Shown here one piece after another: positions 13,270 through 27,669 of a stretch of DNA of 64,000 nt (within the stretch, counting starts at the first letter, position 1; each line of letters opens with the position of its first letter). The translations under genes and the position numbers were made by a program. Source of the DNA: Euprymna scolopes (Eukaryota). Location of the stretch: the NCBI GenBank assembly GCA_053919585.1, contig CM132788.1; one strand, given 5' to 3'. The notes under the pieces are model-generated. The model had not been told where the DNA came from and did not search any database. It saw nothing but the letters and a program-made list of their open reading frames with translations.

Positions 13270-13605
13270 TTTGCTAATGGGCTGGGAGACACGGTCAAGT
13301 CATACTAAAGACTCAAAAAATGCTTGTTGAGGCCCCTCTTGCTAAACTCTCAACAGATCACGAGTAAATGGAGTAAAAAAAGTAAAATGGTTGACTACAG
13401 GCGAGGGCAACCTAAAGGCTCCCTTTTCATTAGTTACTATATTATGATATAGTAAAGTGTACCATTTCTTTCTCATGATTACTCCACTTACCTTATAAGG
13501 CTTGATGTTTAGCAAGGAGGCATTAAGTACAATTTTTGGGTCTTTGGTATGGTTTGATCAAAGGTTAATACTAATACATTAGCGAACACCTTAACATTTA
13601 TATCA
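13268..13605. mobile_element. Two SINE copies tail-to-tail with a Meta-domain-like core
   Basis: + copy gtcatactaaagactcaaaaaatg...cttgctaaac; - copy reads cataccaaagacccaaaaattgtacttaatgcctccttgctaaac, resembling the MetaSINE core GTCATACCAAAGACT..AAAAATGG. Confidence 0.6.
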
Positions 13606-13896
13606 ACTGGATCGGTAAATATTCTAATAAAAGAGTGCTGCTTGCTTTATTTTACATGTAGCAGCCAATGACAAGGGAATTGTTAAATTAATCCTTTGCC
13701 CCCCAAATCAACAGAGATTAGACCATTCCTGTAATGATCGCGTTCTTGTTGATTGCAATGAGATGTTCATTCTGTTCAGTTCTAGAAGATCCACCTTCCC
13801 AGGCTTTACCTTCTCTCTTTGAGAAGGGATTAGTTCATTGCTAATCGCCTGAAACGTCCAGCCACGTTTTGCTGACTTCCTAATGGAATTTTCAAA

Positions 13897-14175
13897 CCCT
13901 GGATGTTATTCTCTCAACGTTTCAACTGATGTAACCTCCAACATTTTTAGGGGCATTTTGTCGAATTCAGAAATCTTTATGTTGAACTCAGAAATCTGTA
14001 AACTCACTTATAGTGAGGATTGAATCTTCAACCTCCGGAAGAGTGTCACTTATAATTAATCATTACTTAGTTCTTATATCCGTTTCATTAAGGGACCTTG
14101 TGTTTACATTATCTGAAATGTTGTGAGAATAACAAGATGAGAACGGTCGTCTGTAATATCTAAATAATACCAATT
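13897..14175. mobile_element. Family P pair B: headed - copy (13897-14097) plus + tail fragment (14101-14175)
   Basis: - copy starts GGTCCCTTAATGAAACGGATA...GGAGGTTGAAGATTCAATCCT and ends GGAGGTTACATCAGTTGAAACGTTGAGAGAATAACATCC; a + tail follows immediately. Confidence 0.75.
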
Positions 14176-14440
14176 TTCAATCCACATCTGAAAAATTCTG
14201 AAACCTAAGCATAACATTTTTACAGCAGCATTACCCCTCACGAAGCATTCATCAAATGATATCTTTGGGTGCAGGGTCATTGTTTTTGGGCTAATTTTCT
14301 TGTTCACCCTTTTCAAACTGTTGCATTTGAACTTAACCTTAACCCACCAAGTACAAAGAAGCAGTTAGTCAATTTTAAGGTTAGACATGTTTTGTTATAG
14401 TTCTTCTCCAACAATTTTATTTGCTTGTGAATTATAAGGT

Positions 14441-14770
14441 TTCTCATCTAATAGGTCTGTCATTGTTTGTCAAACTTCAGCTCCTGTCCAATCGCCACAA
14501 CGTGTCATCCCTGTGCTTGTTTTACAAATATTTCAATGGAATGTGCTTCAACAAAATTGCAGCACTTGTATCCCCCTCAACATAAATACTTCCGACAAAC
14601 CCAACAATCAGCAAAATTCCATCTTTTTATTGTAGAGGTTCCTGGATGTCAGAAAGTTTTCTATTCTATTAACTTCTTTCTTCAGAACTGCTAGCCTTTT
14701 GGAATTCTCTTCCTGGTCTCTATTTCTATTACTGTACTAACATGCAGAGATTTAAATGTAATGTGATCTA
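14441..14770 (+). mobile_element. CR1/Zenon-like LINE 3' fragment
   Basis: Encodes LQLLSNRHNVSSLCLFYKYFNGMC-like RT C-terminus; homologous to six other copies in the window. Confidence 0.75.
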
Positions 14771-14819
14771 AAGATACATTACCTGGAAGTACTTCTTTCA
14801 AACTCCTTGGCTTAACGTT

Positions 14820-15445
14820 CACAGGGAATATGCGTTGGAACAGATACATTGATACATCCAGGATCGCTGCGAGGAAGGTGGGCTATCTCTTCCATGCTAG
14901 AAAGTTACTTAGGCTTGAAAGTATCCTGTACATCTACAGGGCCACCATTAACCCATGTATGGAGCATTGTTGTTAAATTGTGCTGGTGCATTCTCTACTA
15001 GTTTCTTACTCTTAGTCAGAGTTCAAAAGAGAATTGCCAACCTGATAGGTCCTGAACTGTCATCTATGCTTTAACCTCTGTTCCATTGACGAAATGTTGC
15101 ATCCCTCTGCCTGTTCAAGTATTTTAATGGTGGATGCTCCAACGAACTACAAGTCCTTGTACCCCCTCAACGTAAATACCCTCAACAAACCCAACAAGCA
15201 GCAAAATCCCACCCCTACACAGTAGAGATCCCTCGATGTAAGAATGCCTTCTACTCTAATAGTTTCTTTCCCAGAACTGCTAGACTTTACAACACCCTTC
15301 TGGGTTCTTGCTTTCCCAACTGTACTGATATGCAAAAGTTCAAGTGTAATATGAACAGACATCTTGCTGCTCAACTCCCTACATAGCATCCCTGAAACTT
15401 ATGGCTCCGATAGTAGCCCCCTACATCAAAGTAGTATTATCTAAT
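14820..15445 (+). mobile_element. CR1/Zenon-like LINE 3' fragment
   Basis: AARKVGYLFHARKLLRLESILYIYRATINPCMEHCC...RVQKRIANLIGPELS plus 3' UTR; stops and frameshifts. Confidence 0.8.
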
Positions 15446-16380
15446 GGGTGTTATTATTAGACGAACGGTACTAAATATTTGTATATGTTTTGTTGTTCTT
15501 ATTTAGTGTTCTTATTTAGATGATGACTTATATATTTGTTGTTGTTCATGTTGTGTGCTGTGAGAGATAGCATATTGGTGACATTAACAGGCACATGTAA
15601 AGAGAGAGACAGTTGTACATTTTTATAAACACAAAGTTCATATTAATACAATTTCACTTTACCTTTGTTTTGGTGATGATGATTTTCACAAAGTTCTTAT
15701 AACGTAAATGGACAATACCTTTTCTGTTGAATAACAACACAAAGATGCAGATACAAAAAGATGAAGATGTTCTTTTTATTATTCCATATGACCGGTCAAT
15801 GGCTTTGCATCCAGGAATTCAAGTCTTACATGATTTCTTCTTCTAACCTCGCTCCCAAGGTTCCATGTCAGCTCTCTCTATCTCTCTTCTCCCCGACTCT
15901 GATCTGACTCTCTCTAACTAACTTCAAACTCTTTCCTATATTGAGAAATCACATGTATGTCTGGTCAACATGACTATAATTCACGTTTTATCAACATGTG
16001 CGATTTGCCCGTTTTTGAAACAATTTCTGATGACCAGGAAATTTCCCATTTTCTTGTTGTTTTACAAAGGAATTTAACCTACTTATCTGATTCTGTAACC
16101 CATATTTTATTATGCATTCTTTCTAACAATGTGAATAGTTTCCAGCCAAATTTTTATTTATTAAATATTTTAACAGAATCAACAATTTACTGGATATTCC
16201 ATTTAAAACCTATTGTTCTTTAAAACTTATTTACAGGGTTCGATTCCCATTTTATCTGATATTATTTTCATTTAACTAATTCTCTTTTTTTTTTTTTTAC
16301 TTACATGAAAAGGGCTGTCCCCTTTTCATGTAACAGTAGCACTGTGCCTTGTTTGGAGTAAAAATGAAAAAAAAAATAAA

Positions 16381-16452
16381 AATGTTGCTGCATCACTCCC
16401 CACTTAGAATGCCTCTATAACTCTTTCCCATTATTCACAGTAGCTCCTTATA
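16381..16452 (+). mobile_element. 3' UTR fragment of the same LINE
   Basis: cccacttagaatgcctctataactctttcccattattcacagtagc matches 54277-54322 and 62886-62932. Confidence 0.6.
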
Positions 16453-16598
16453 TCTCAGTGACAATGTTCTTTATTTGAAGAAGAATGGTGATGCCAAGTA
16501 ATTTTTGTGTGAAAAAATATGGTTCTACCTGTAGAGTCCCTCTGGTATTTGTCTCTATCTGATCTTTTATACCTCTTCTGCTGCTGCTGCTGTTGCCG

Positions 16599-16638
<40 letters not shown>

Positions 16639-18489
16639 GCTCCACCTCCTACTCCTGTTTCAGTATTTAAGATGAATGTCTTGGACTCTAGGGTGGGCAA
16701 CAGCAGAAAATATCTCACGTTTATTCTCCATGCAGTCTGATGCATAGATATCAGTAACAGTGCATGTAGTCAAATCACTTCTTACACACGTATACCAGGT
16801 ATTTTTTCATCGATCATGCTCCCTAGTTCCTGTGATATCCATATGTGTAATGGAGTTGATGCAAGAGGTGGCACATTGTACATGACTAAACTACTTGAGA
16901 CACTGCATGAGATATCTAAAATCCCACCAATACCAAATTTCTGATGAAGCATAGTTGAAAGGATCCTTTTTCCAGTTTGCAGCCACAAAACCGTTGCGGA
17001 TCAGAAATATGACTGATAAAGTCATGTCTTGCTGCCATTAATTCAATATAGACAAGTTCTTGTTAAGTCGTCCTCTTAAATAATCAAATTCTACCTAATT
17101 TCCATAACTACCGGTCATTATGCTATTGTCTCACTGATCAGCTTACACTCATAAACCCTTATCCTCGAATGGCCTTCAGGCCTTGATAAGTGGTGACTCA
17201 ACTGTAAAAAAAGAAATAATAAAAGATGACAGTGAACAGAGTCTGAAAAGACTTTGCCCCAAATTTGGAATCATAAAATTAGGGTGAAAGAAGTCAATTC
17301 ACAATTGTAACAGAAAATAACTCTCTTCAGTCCAGATCAAAGTGTAGTATCTACCCTAAGCATTTATTTATGGAACCCAAAGCTTAATAATTTATTTATG
17401 AAACCCAAGTTTAATAAGCTATAACCTTGTACTTGTTTCTTAAGCTCTCCTAAACACTAGCCCAGTCCAATAATTTATGTAACTTATTTACAAATTCCTG
17501 TCTTAGACTCACTTATTTTAAACCTATATTTTATATTGTATGGCCATACCCCTATTGTCACTGCTGATTTAATATTATTAGATTGAGCTAGTGTTCATGA
17601 GAGGTGGTGAAAAATCAGGGTGTGTCCATATTTTGTGCCTTGTCACTTTTAGTATGTGCATGGTATCTCCCAAAATAAGGGTTGGGTAGGTGAGATGGGA
17701 TAGCTTAAGAGCTAAGGATGAACATGGATTTTTACAAATGTTTCTGATGTCTAAAGGCGCTCAATGCTCCACTTCAAACCTATATTTTGTTATATTCTAT
17801 CTGAAAGGGCGAGGGGCGGAAGGTTGAATATCAACTCTTCAACTACCGGCCCAGATCGAAGTGTTGTATCTGAGCCCGTCCTTGGTCATGAGTGATGCTA
17901 TAGCGATAGGGGAACTTTTTTAATGAAAGGCACTGAATCATGTACTACCTGACTGAATATGTATATGGAGGAGTAAAATACCAACGCTACATTACATGAA
18001 CTTTCACCTTTGACATTTTTCCTTCAAGTTGTTTGATTAAGCACTTATGAGTGGTATAAGGTTTTAATTCGTTACTAATAGTTTCATTAGTGTGTGTGTG
18101 TGTGTGTGCGCGCGCGCGTGCACGCGTGTACAGACGATTTACTTTGAAATATTTTTTTTTGTGAATAAAAATGCTTTTGAACTTAACATAAATAATCATA
18201 AAATAAAAACATTATGAATGTCAGTAAATTGAAATAAATATTATATTTATTGTAAATTTACTTTTATGGATGAATTTATTACAAATGAAGATTTAATAGC
18301 TGCCTGTCTAAAGCTGTAACTATACTATTACTTTTATTAATTGTAGTATTTATGCTCAATTCTATTTACTATGCATTTCAGACTACTGTATGTGCAATTC
18401 AGGGAGGAGGGTAGTGTAGTATCTGTTTTGCTGCCATAGTACTATCCTCCCAGTTCCGATTCCAACCCTAAAAAAGACTATTTGTATTA

Positions 18490-18580
18490 GTTGGATTCTT
18501 CAGGTTACTGTTCTCATCGTTGGTTGTTATAATCACGACATTTCGACCGATGTAAACTCCGACCTCATTCAGCTTCAACT
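18490..18580 (-). mobile_element. Family P solo tail fragment
   Basis: The - strand reads gCTGAATGAGGTCGGAGTTTACATCGGTCGAAATGTCGTGATTATAACAACCAACGATGAGAACAG. Confidence 0.75.
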
Positions 18581-19697
18581 TTTCCAACTTAATGACATAA
18601 TAGTCGAAATAATTAGGGTTAATTACATCGTTGCTAGAAAAACAGGTAACCAAATTAGAAATATGACAATATATCGGTTTATTTACTAATATAAAAACGT
18701 TTTTTTACTATTATTTTATACATATTACTAGGTTGATTTTAACATAATATGTTCAGCATGTTATAATGTTAAAAAATATATTTTTTTAAAATTTCTACAT
18801 TATCGCCTTTCTGTACGTCGTTTCCCAACGTGATTATTTAATAATTTCAATTGTAGTATTGTTTGCTCATGAAATTATTAATTGAACTAAACTATTATAA
18901 AATTAGAACTAATTTGGTTAAGATAATATTGTTTCAATGGCAACTATCTTAAAGCTGAAAACTTTAATATAATCCGAACCATATCTTATGTTACATGTGA
19001 ATGTATTAATATAATACAAAGAAAAATAAAATAAAACTTTGGATTTTATTAACTTGTAATTTCACCGATCTTCCAAGTTTACAATTTTAAGTTTTTACTT
19101 TTAAAAGTAGCCGAGAAAGTTTGAAAACAAAATATTGTGCTTAAAGGTTAACAACCCTTTAGTTTCACTACATCCCTCTCTGCATGCCTCCAACTGCCAT
19201 CCTTAATTTTCTGAAGGCCGTTCGTCGCTCTCTCTCTCTCTCTCTTCTCTTTTGTTGTTGTTATTGTTGCTATGCTTAGTAATTCAGATGTAACCAATTC
19301 ACCTTACCCCCGGGCTCCTCCCCCCATCTTCAATCACAACAACGCTTTCACTGGTAGTCAAATTTCTCTCCATGCTAAAAACACACCCTCCCCTCCATTT
19401 AACATTCATTGTACACTATTCTAGTTCTTTAGAGTTGAAAAAATTAAGAAAAACACCAAAAAGCTGACTCATAGAAGCTTTTATATTAATGCCTTTAGCC
19501 TGATGATTTCTCGCAGGAATGAAACATAAATGTTTTTATGAGGCTTACTTGCTATACATTTAACACTATTACTACAAAGCTCTACTCGTGTATTGAGCAT
19601 ATACATGTATGCATATATAGTTATATTAAAAGATAATATATTATGTATATGTTTGTTTTACTTGAACAGTTCTCTCCCTCTCTCCCCCCGCCTCTCG

Positions 19698-19768
<71 letters not shown>

Positions 19769-19835
19769 GAAATATTGTTTTTCAATTATATTTCACCTTT
19801 TATTTATACCAATCCTTTAATTTATGAAGCTCAAT

Positions 19836-20261
19836 GTAATTGCAGAGTATATAACAAATAAATAACAAAAGTTTATATTCCAAATTTCAATATGTTGACC
19901 ATCTTACAATTTATTCCTTTAAGTACCTTGACATGCACAATTCTTGGCAGTATCTGTTCCATTTTATTATATTAATTAATACATAATAATAATAATATAT
20001 ATATATAAGTTGTATAATAATAAAATGAATGATTTTATGAATGATATATATCATTCACAAAATCATTCATTTTATTATTATACAACTTATATATTAATAT
20101 TATGTATAAATAATTAATTAATTAATATAATAAAATGGAACAGGTACTGCCAAGAATTGTGCATGTCAAGGTACTTAAAGGAATAAATTGTAAGATGGTC
20201 AACATCTTGAAATTTGGAATATAGACTTTTGTCATTTATTTGTTATATGCTCTGTAATTAC
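19836..20261. repeat. 426-bp near-perfect spacerless palindrome
   Basis: Arms are reverse complements around atgatat|atatcat (centre 20047/20048); about 7 substitutions plus indels in one AT-rich tract. Confidence 0.95.
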
Positions 20262-21084
20262 TATAAGTAATATATATATGTGTGTGTGTACACACACAAT
20301 GTTAAAATTCCACGTATACTTCTAGAATAGTGATTTAAAGGATATGAGGGGTTTTTTAAGCATGAAAACGATGTTACTTTTTGTATTTAATATTTTATCT
20401 TTGCTATTTCAAGCGGTTCTCTGATCTTGGTCACAAAAATGTATCAAAATAAAAATGAAAGACGTTGAACAAAACTGGAAATTTGTAGTATGAACAGCGT
20501 TCATTCCTTGCAAAATGTATTTAAACTCTGTAAATTAGAATTTACAACAAGTTATTATTCAATAAGGAATAAAAATAGAAAACTTTAACTTTTCCTTCTT
20601 CCATTGAGTTTCAAAGAATGGATCTTATCCTCAGAGGAAAGTATTTAGCCAAATAATAATCATAAGCAAGCTATAATTTTGCTGGTCAGCACATAAATTG
20701 AAAACTACAAAATATGAGAGGTTATATTAGTATAAACATTAATAATAATGCAGAAATACACAGGTTACAAGCATATTCCAAATGAAGTGCAGACTCAATC
20801 CAGAAATGTTGAAAATGTGGTACAATTCAAAATTAAATGATGATTGTTTATGTGTAGAAATGCAAATGAAAGGATCCAATAGTAATGGTAATAAGCCAAA
20901 TGGTTGATCAGTGAACATAAGCAAATTCCAAATGTGAAGATGGCTTTTTTAAATTGTTGTAGAAGATCTTTTCATAGGAAAAGATTCTAAGTGAAATCCT
21001 AAATAATAGTCCCTTACGTCCAAGTAGCAATATACCTAGCTAGTGATGAATGTGAACCTTGTCTATCTTTGTGTGGAACGGTCT

Positions 21085-21712
21085 CTACCAAACTAATCTG
21101 TCAATTTTTGGTCTACAGACTTGAAACTTGATGTATAGGGTATTTGGACCTATGGAACAAATTTGATTGGTTGTTTAGCTGGTAAAAATTCCTACTAAGG
21201 CGTCAAAATTAATAAAATTTGAATTCGGCAGACGTAAGTCAGCTAAATGCGTATCTTCTACACATATGCAAATATACATATATATGTTTGTCTACATAAA
21301 TTTTTAAAGTTTTGATATGCATATAGATTTAGCTCTGATGGTAATGAATAACACTTAGTAGTTATATATTTTGGTTTCTATTCTAGCTGATGGCACTCAA
21401 GTAATTTTTTTTAAGTTTTAAAATTGCTAATATATATTTGGTACAATATAATAGTGAATACACACCAACCTGAACCCCTTTTCTAAAAATTGAACAGCAA
21501 TCAGATATCTTACCAATATCTGCATAAATCAAAGTATCATATTTCAGCATATTTTATGACTGGGTCATGCAAAACGGCCATTACTATATATCGGGTACAA
21601 TATAATAATCAATAGAGAATTAGCTCTATAATAATAAATACGAAATCTGCATACATTAAAATATCATATTTAAGCATAGTTTATGACTAGGCAACACCGG
21701 GCAACATACTAG
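21085..21712 (+). mobile_element. Composite Helitron-like element
   Basis: 5' part matches 3803-3930; 3' part matches the family H tRNA-like module and ends ccgggcaacataCTAGt. Confidence 0.6.
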
Positions 21713-22033
21713 TATGTATGTATATATATATATATATTTGCTGTCCGATCTTAGGTCTCTGCAAGTGCTGATATATCCTTTGCTTCTTTGAACATGCTCG
21801 AGCCAACAAAGACGGTTTGCCATTATTAGGACATCAAGTTTATGGATATTCAATTTCTCAGGTAGAATGTCTGACTTAATGCAATATTTAAATACTGACT
21901 GCTAGCTCGGCAGTTTAATTTCGGTCCTGACTTAAGACACATACCTGTCTAGCCACAGTAAAGAGCTGTGATATAGAGATACAGTCTGTCTGTGGGTGAC
22001 TATATTACTCCTCTCTCTCTATTTCTCTATCTG

Positions 22034-22109
<76 letters not shown>

Positions 22110-22439
22110 GTCGGTGTATGTGTGTTATAAGATAATATATTCCGTATATATTTTTGTTTCAATATTTTCTTCAAATCAATATATAAGTAAAGCAACATAG
22201 AAGTATAAAATACATATATGGCAATTCAGCTACACAGGAACATTTGTGTTTCATTTAACTAATTGTTGTTGGCTGCAGATCATTAGTTTATCATAAGTCA
22301 AGCTCATTAGTTACCCAACTCCAGTATTAAGACTATAACGTTTTAATCCTCTTCTGTCAAAGAGTTTCACGTAGCACTAGTAATTCATATGAAAAATGAG
22401 GATAGGGCTACTGGTTCAGTAGAAAAACTGGTATTGGTA

Positions 22440-24930
22440 TAGGTCTTTGTGGTTCTTCCACTACAGCCAGACATGAAGGCATTTACTGAGAGGGCATTGA
22501 TGGTGTGGGAATTTAGCCTGTTCCAAATAGAGCCACTCTACAGGAGCCAGGATGATGCTGGATCTGCATCTTCATATTATGTTCCCTGGTGGATGGGTTG
22601 AGGGCTGGAGCGAATAAGCTTTTGCCACAGTTGGGGCAAGATATGTTATAGCAGACATTGCCAAAACCGTTTATTATTTTGTAGGTCGGTAATATATTAG
22701 CACACTGTCCGCAGAATTTTAGAGTAGGAAGGTTGAGACATGTGAGGCATTCAGAGTAGGGCAAATCAGAGATGCCTTGTACAAGTTTTGTTGCTCTATG
22801 CTGGACCCTTTCCAGAGTGTCCTTTTCTTTTTTTAACTTCGGACACTAAACCACAAAAGCATATATTAGTGTGAGTGGATTAGGGGCTTGTTAAAAAGCA
22901 GGAAAAATGTTGTATCCAAAGTTGTAAACGTGTGTTTGATGACTCCGAGAATTCAGTTGGCTTCGTTAACTTGGAATTCAACATGCTTAGTGAAGGACAG
23001 CCTTTGGTCAATGATTACACCAAGATCCTTCTCTTCATTAATCTCGTTCAGAGTGCAGCAGCTTCCATCATTATATTTCATGGTGTATGAAGGGTTGGGA
23101 TTGTTATTACCTAGATGTATTGTTGTACACTTCTCAGAATGGAACTGCATACACATGATGTTTGCCCAGGATTGCAGTTGGTTTAGGTCATTCTACAGAC
23201 TATCCTGCGAATCAGTAATGACTTGAAAAATGTTGGTGTCATCAGCAAACATGAGAATGAAACTCTCCAGCATCTGCGGGATATCAGCAATGAAGAGGAT
23301 AAAAAGCAGTGGACCAAGAACAGAACTCTATGGCATTACTAGTCACATTCGCCCAGTCAGAACATTTCCATTGACCACGTCTTTCTGTTTTTGGTGTGTG
23401 AGAAAACTACGAACCCACTGTAGAGTATAATCCCTGGTTCCGAAGGTATTCAATCAATGAGGAGTCGCTCATGAGGGACAATGTCAAAGGCCTTAGCATA
23501 ATCCAGAAAGATGACATCAACTAGTAGATTTTGACTCAATGCCTCTGTCCAGATGTCCAATGAGGTTAGTTACTATTGACTTGCCAGAAGTAAATCTATG
23601 CTTACAAAATCTTTTTCTTGGGGTGGTCTATAATGTCCTCGAATATTAGTTGTTCCATGATTTTGCAAATAACTGATGTGAGAGAGACTAGTCTGTAATT
23701 AGACTTGTCGCCTTTCTTAAAAATAAGGGTTACAATGGCAGACTTCCACTGACAGGGTACATATCCATTAGTGAAGTTGGTATTGAACAGGATACAGAGA
23801 GAAGTAACAAGGATGTGGGCCAATTCCTTGAGGATCTGTAGGTGTATATAGTTTGGCCCTGGTGACTTGTCAGTCTTGATGAATTGCAGAACTTCTAGAA
23901 TCTTTGCTTCAGTTACAATGACCTTAATTTCTGAATCCATATGCTTGGGAGTGAATGATGGAAAGAAAGATGTATCCTCTTTCATGAAGACACTGTAGTA
24001 CTGTTTATTCAGCACATTGACATTATCTTTATCATCGCAGACAAAGGATCCTTCCCCATTACACATATCTGAGATACCACACTTGATTATTCTTCTGCTA
24101 TTTACAGTTTATATTTACATTTAGTGCCAGGAAGCTTTATTGTTGGAATATGTCTCTCTGGCTAATTTAGACTTAAAGTCTTTTCTAGATTTTATAGTTG
24201 CATGTGAAGCCTCGTTCCTGGCTATGATGTACCTCTGGTAGTCATGATCATCTCTTGTATTGAGATAGCAGATCCAGGAGTGGTGCCTTTTCTTGACTTT
24301 ACAAAGAGCAGCACTGTTCATCCACAGGGGTTTTCTCTTGTCAGTGCATGGGTCCAAAATATTTGTAGGTGTGCATTTTTTTACAGCATCTATAATTGAT
24401 GATTCTAGAAAGTCAGAAATTTCTGACTTTCTAGAATCATCAATTATTGAGTATGTCCTTCCAATTCAAGTCCAGCAAGTTCCTATGGCAGTGTAATCCA
24501 TCTTGGAGCAAGTCTTGCTGGCGGGAGTATACCGATGGCCAAATGAGAACTTAAATGAGATGCCCACATGATCGCTTGCTCCAAGGGGATCAAGTGTCGT
24601 TAACTGATCAATCATCTCATACTCATTGCTAAATATAAGATCATCACTTGTGAAGTTTTGGTTTCCTCTGAACCTCGTGGGTTCAGTTATATGCTGCAGG
24701 AAGTAAGTGTCCATGATACATTCAACAAACCTAGAAGATGGACTGCTGGTATTGACATTCTCGGGGAACTCAGGCATGGAAGTCCAGTTGATAGTGGGAT
24801 GATTAAAATCATCTGCTAGAAGTTTGTGTGTACAGTTCATGGAAGATGCCCAAGAAAGTAATCTGTGTAGGTCTTCATCCTATGGGGTAGCCACTGCTGG
24901 GTTGTCACTCCTTTGGCGACTACCAACTAA
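22440..24930 (-). mobile_element. Decayed CR1-clade LINE ORF2 (APE endonuclease plus reverse transcriptase)
   Basis: Colinear ORF fragments: DFNHPTINW and LGASDH (endonuclease); KPLWMN; KSPGPNYIH, NYRLVSLTSVICK, LFILFIAD, MFADDT, EEKDLGVIID (RT). Many stops and frameshifts. Confidence 0.93.
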
Positions 24931-26460
24931 CAATTCCGCCTTGTTTCCCCTTTTAAAAAAATCTATCGGCTCTGTTATATTGTGTTAAATGGCATTTCGG
25001 TAATTATGGCGTGTACCATAATTTTATTGGAAAGAAGATATGCAGTTGCTTAAAATTTTATTTTTCGAGTGTTTTTCTTCTTCTTTTTTTAAGATGATTA
25101 CTTGCTGAACCTATTGGCGTTAAAATTAATTTAGTATTATGTATTAAAAATAGAAAGCATAACACTACTTCTTTTAAATTACTTAATTAGTCAACACACT
25201 GCCATTTTTCTAAGATGGGCGCTTGTCGAAATGGAACTAAAGAATGGATAATATGAAAAGAAGTAAAATATTTTTAAAATAATTTATTTAAAACCAAAGA
25301 AGTATGCTGTGAAATAAATATGTTTATAAATATTTTGTTTTAAATAATTTTATATAGCTTACTAAAAAGATTTTACTTTTTGTTTGGCCTCTTCTCCGTT
25401 CCCATTTTATATCGACAACCTGCAATGTTATCTATGCCTGTATGTCGGCTAATTTACCGATGTAAAAAGTGTATTTCTTTCTTTCTTATTTCATGTGTAA
25501 TAGTACTAAATTGATTTTAACGCCTATACGTTCATCATGTTATATATTAAATACAACTTTTGAGCTACTATATATTGTTTTACATGCAGACGAGACGACG
25601 TGGTTACCAACGTTTCATTAGTTTTTAAAAAGTGTTTTTTTTGTTTGTTTTTTTTTCTACCCTTGGCCTTAACGTTTCGTTTAGTGACAATTGATTTTAA
25701 AATGTAATAAATTCGCATTTATTCAAGGTAAGTTTATAAATTAGTAGTTTCTTTTCTTTTTGAATTTGAAACTTATTTCCTTGCGATGAAGAACAGCGAT
25801 ATAAATCTAGGTTTAATTTGCACGAAGCGGATATTTTCAGCCTGAAATCATTCAGAGTTGTTTGACAGTAGTAGAGAAATGCCAAACATTCAAAACAACT
25901 ACAACATATGAGTGGGGGGCTGAGAAGAAGAAAAATGCGTATTTTGAATAATTACGTTTTGAATTTAAATATATTTTATTTAAACAGAAATCCAAAAAAT
26001 TAAATAAAACAAAAAATAATCTTTAACCTTGTTTTGATCAGAAAAGTAACTTGCAAAATAACGTGAGGTCACCGTACTTGTGTGCGCGTGTATAACTGGA
26101 TGGGTGCGTGTGTGTGTGGTCGTACGCACGCGCAAATTTGAGTATTCTCTCTTGTATTTTTACCGACCCCCGCTGAATTTTGTATTCCTTCCTTTCTTTT
26201 TTTCTACCCCTCTCCCCAGTGGATACAGAAGAATTAGGAGGAGGGAAAGAGGAGGGGTAGGACACGTGCAAATCTTTTTACTTGATTGAACTGTGAAACA
26301 TTGTTTGTAAATTGTAATTTAGCTGTGCTTATTATTATATTTTGTTTTACCATGGGTGAACCACTGAACCACTAAAGCAGCCTCCACAAAATCCACATGC
26401 TAAAGTATTGAGAGTTGTTGGGGTAACGAATAAATAAATACAAAATGTTCGATTGTCCAG

Positions 26461-26910
26461 AAGACAAACAAGCGAACAAACATAAATAACTGTTACCAAA
26501 GACAAGAAAATTTACTTTTGTGTGTTTTAAAATATTTGGTAGCACTTTTATTTACATTTATCAATGCCTTCTGAGTCTTATAAACTCGATGTATGTATTC
26601 AAGATGGCACCGGATTTTACTCGAAGTGGAACCTCGATGTTGTAGAAGAAATAAAAATATACAAATCGGGTGAAAATTAATTTTTCGACTAATTGGTGAT
26701 TAGCTGTATTTACGTATGAATCTACGACGTCTAGGTAAAAATAAGGCGTCATTTTGAATACGTCGGATTTCCAAGTCTCGGAAGGCATAAAAATGTAAAT
26801 AAAAGCGCTTTAAAATATTTTAAAGCACACACACACGGTAGGTAGGTTAGTAGAAATGTAACTTTTACCAACGGGTAACAGTTATTAGGTATTTGTTGAC
26901 GTTTTGTTTT
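26461..26910. mobile_element. Old foldback/MITE-like imperfect palindrome (~450 bp)
   Basis: Nested inverted matches: aataactgttacc/ggtaacagttatt, ttaaaatattt..ctttatttacattt..atgccttc/gaaggcat..aaatgtaaataaaag..aaatattttaa, gtattcaagatggcac/gcgtcattttgaatac. Confidence 0.75.
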
Positions 26911-26916
26911 GATTTT

Positions 26917-26982
<66 letters not shown>

Positions 26983-27632
26983 TTATTTATTTTTTTTTTT
27001 TTTTTGGAATTCTACACAAATCACCAAAATGTATATTTGCTTTTAGAAATAGATTTCAAAAGGTTAGTGAAACTGGTCTGGCACTCTCTACATACCTACA
27101 AAAGTTAAAAACAAAACGGATTTTTCAGATGATAAACATACTTTTTTTAATCATGTTAAATTTTTAAAAGGGTGTTTACATTTTTCTGTGTACGGCTAAA
27201 TAACGCACAATAGTTCGTTTATTTCACTTTTTGACTGATGTTATCCGAAATAATTCAGTATTTTACAAACGCCTGTTCGGAATTTCAAGCGGAGTGGAGA
27301 GGTAGTGGTGAATCTCTTACACACTAAACTGAACCCCCCTTTCTAAAAATTGAACAGCAGTCAGACCAGTATTAAAGTCCTCGCATGAATGTTTGTCTCT
27401 TTAACCGAAAAGTCAAAATTGAGTAACGAATATATTAAAGGAGAAGTGTGCGCCTGCGTCGTATACGAGCGTCTGAAAAAAGAACAAATGTTTAATAAAA
27501 CAAATTTATAAAGGTGGAGAAAATAGATTTTGTTTGGGAGAGGAAAAAAGAGGTTCATTTGTTTCTCATTAAATTATTGATTGGTTCGTTTGTTGTTCAC
27601 TCCTAGTTTTCGCGTCGCTTTTCTTTCACGCT

Positions 27633-27669
<37 letters not shown>

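Noticed and set aside
16448-16745. Poly-Asp, poly-Gln, poly-Met and poly-Ser ORFs
   Set aside because: Translations of (CTG)n and (CAT)n microsatellites.
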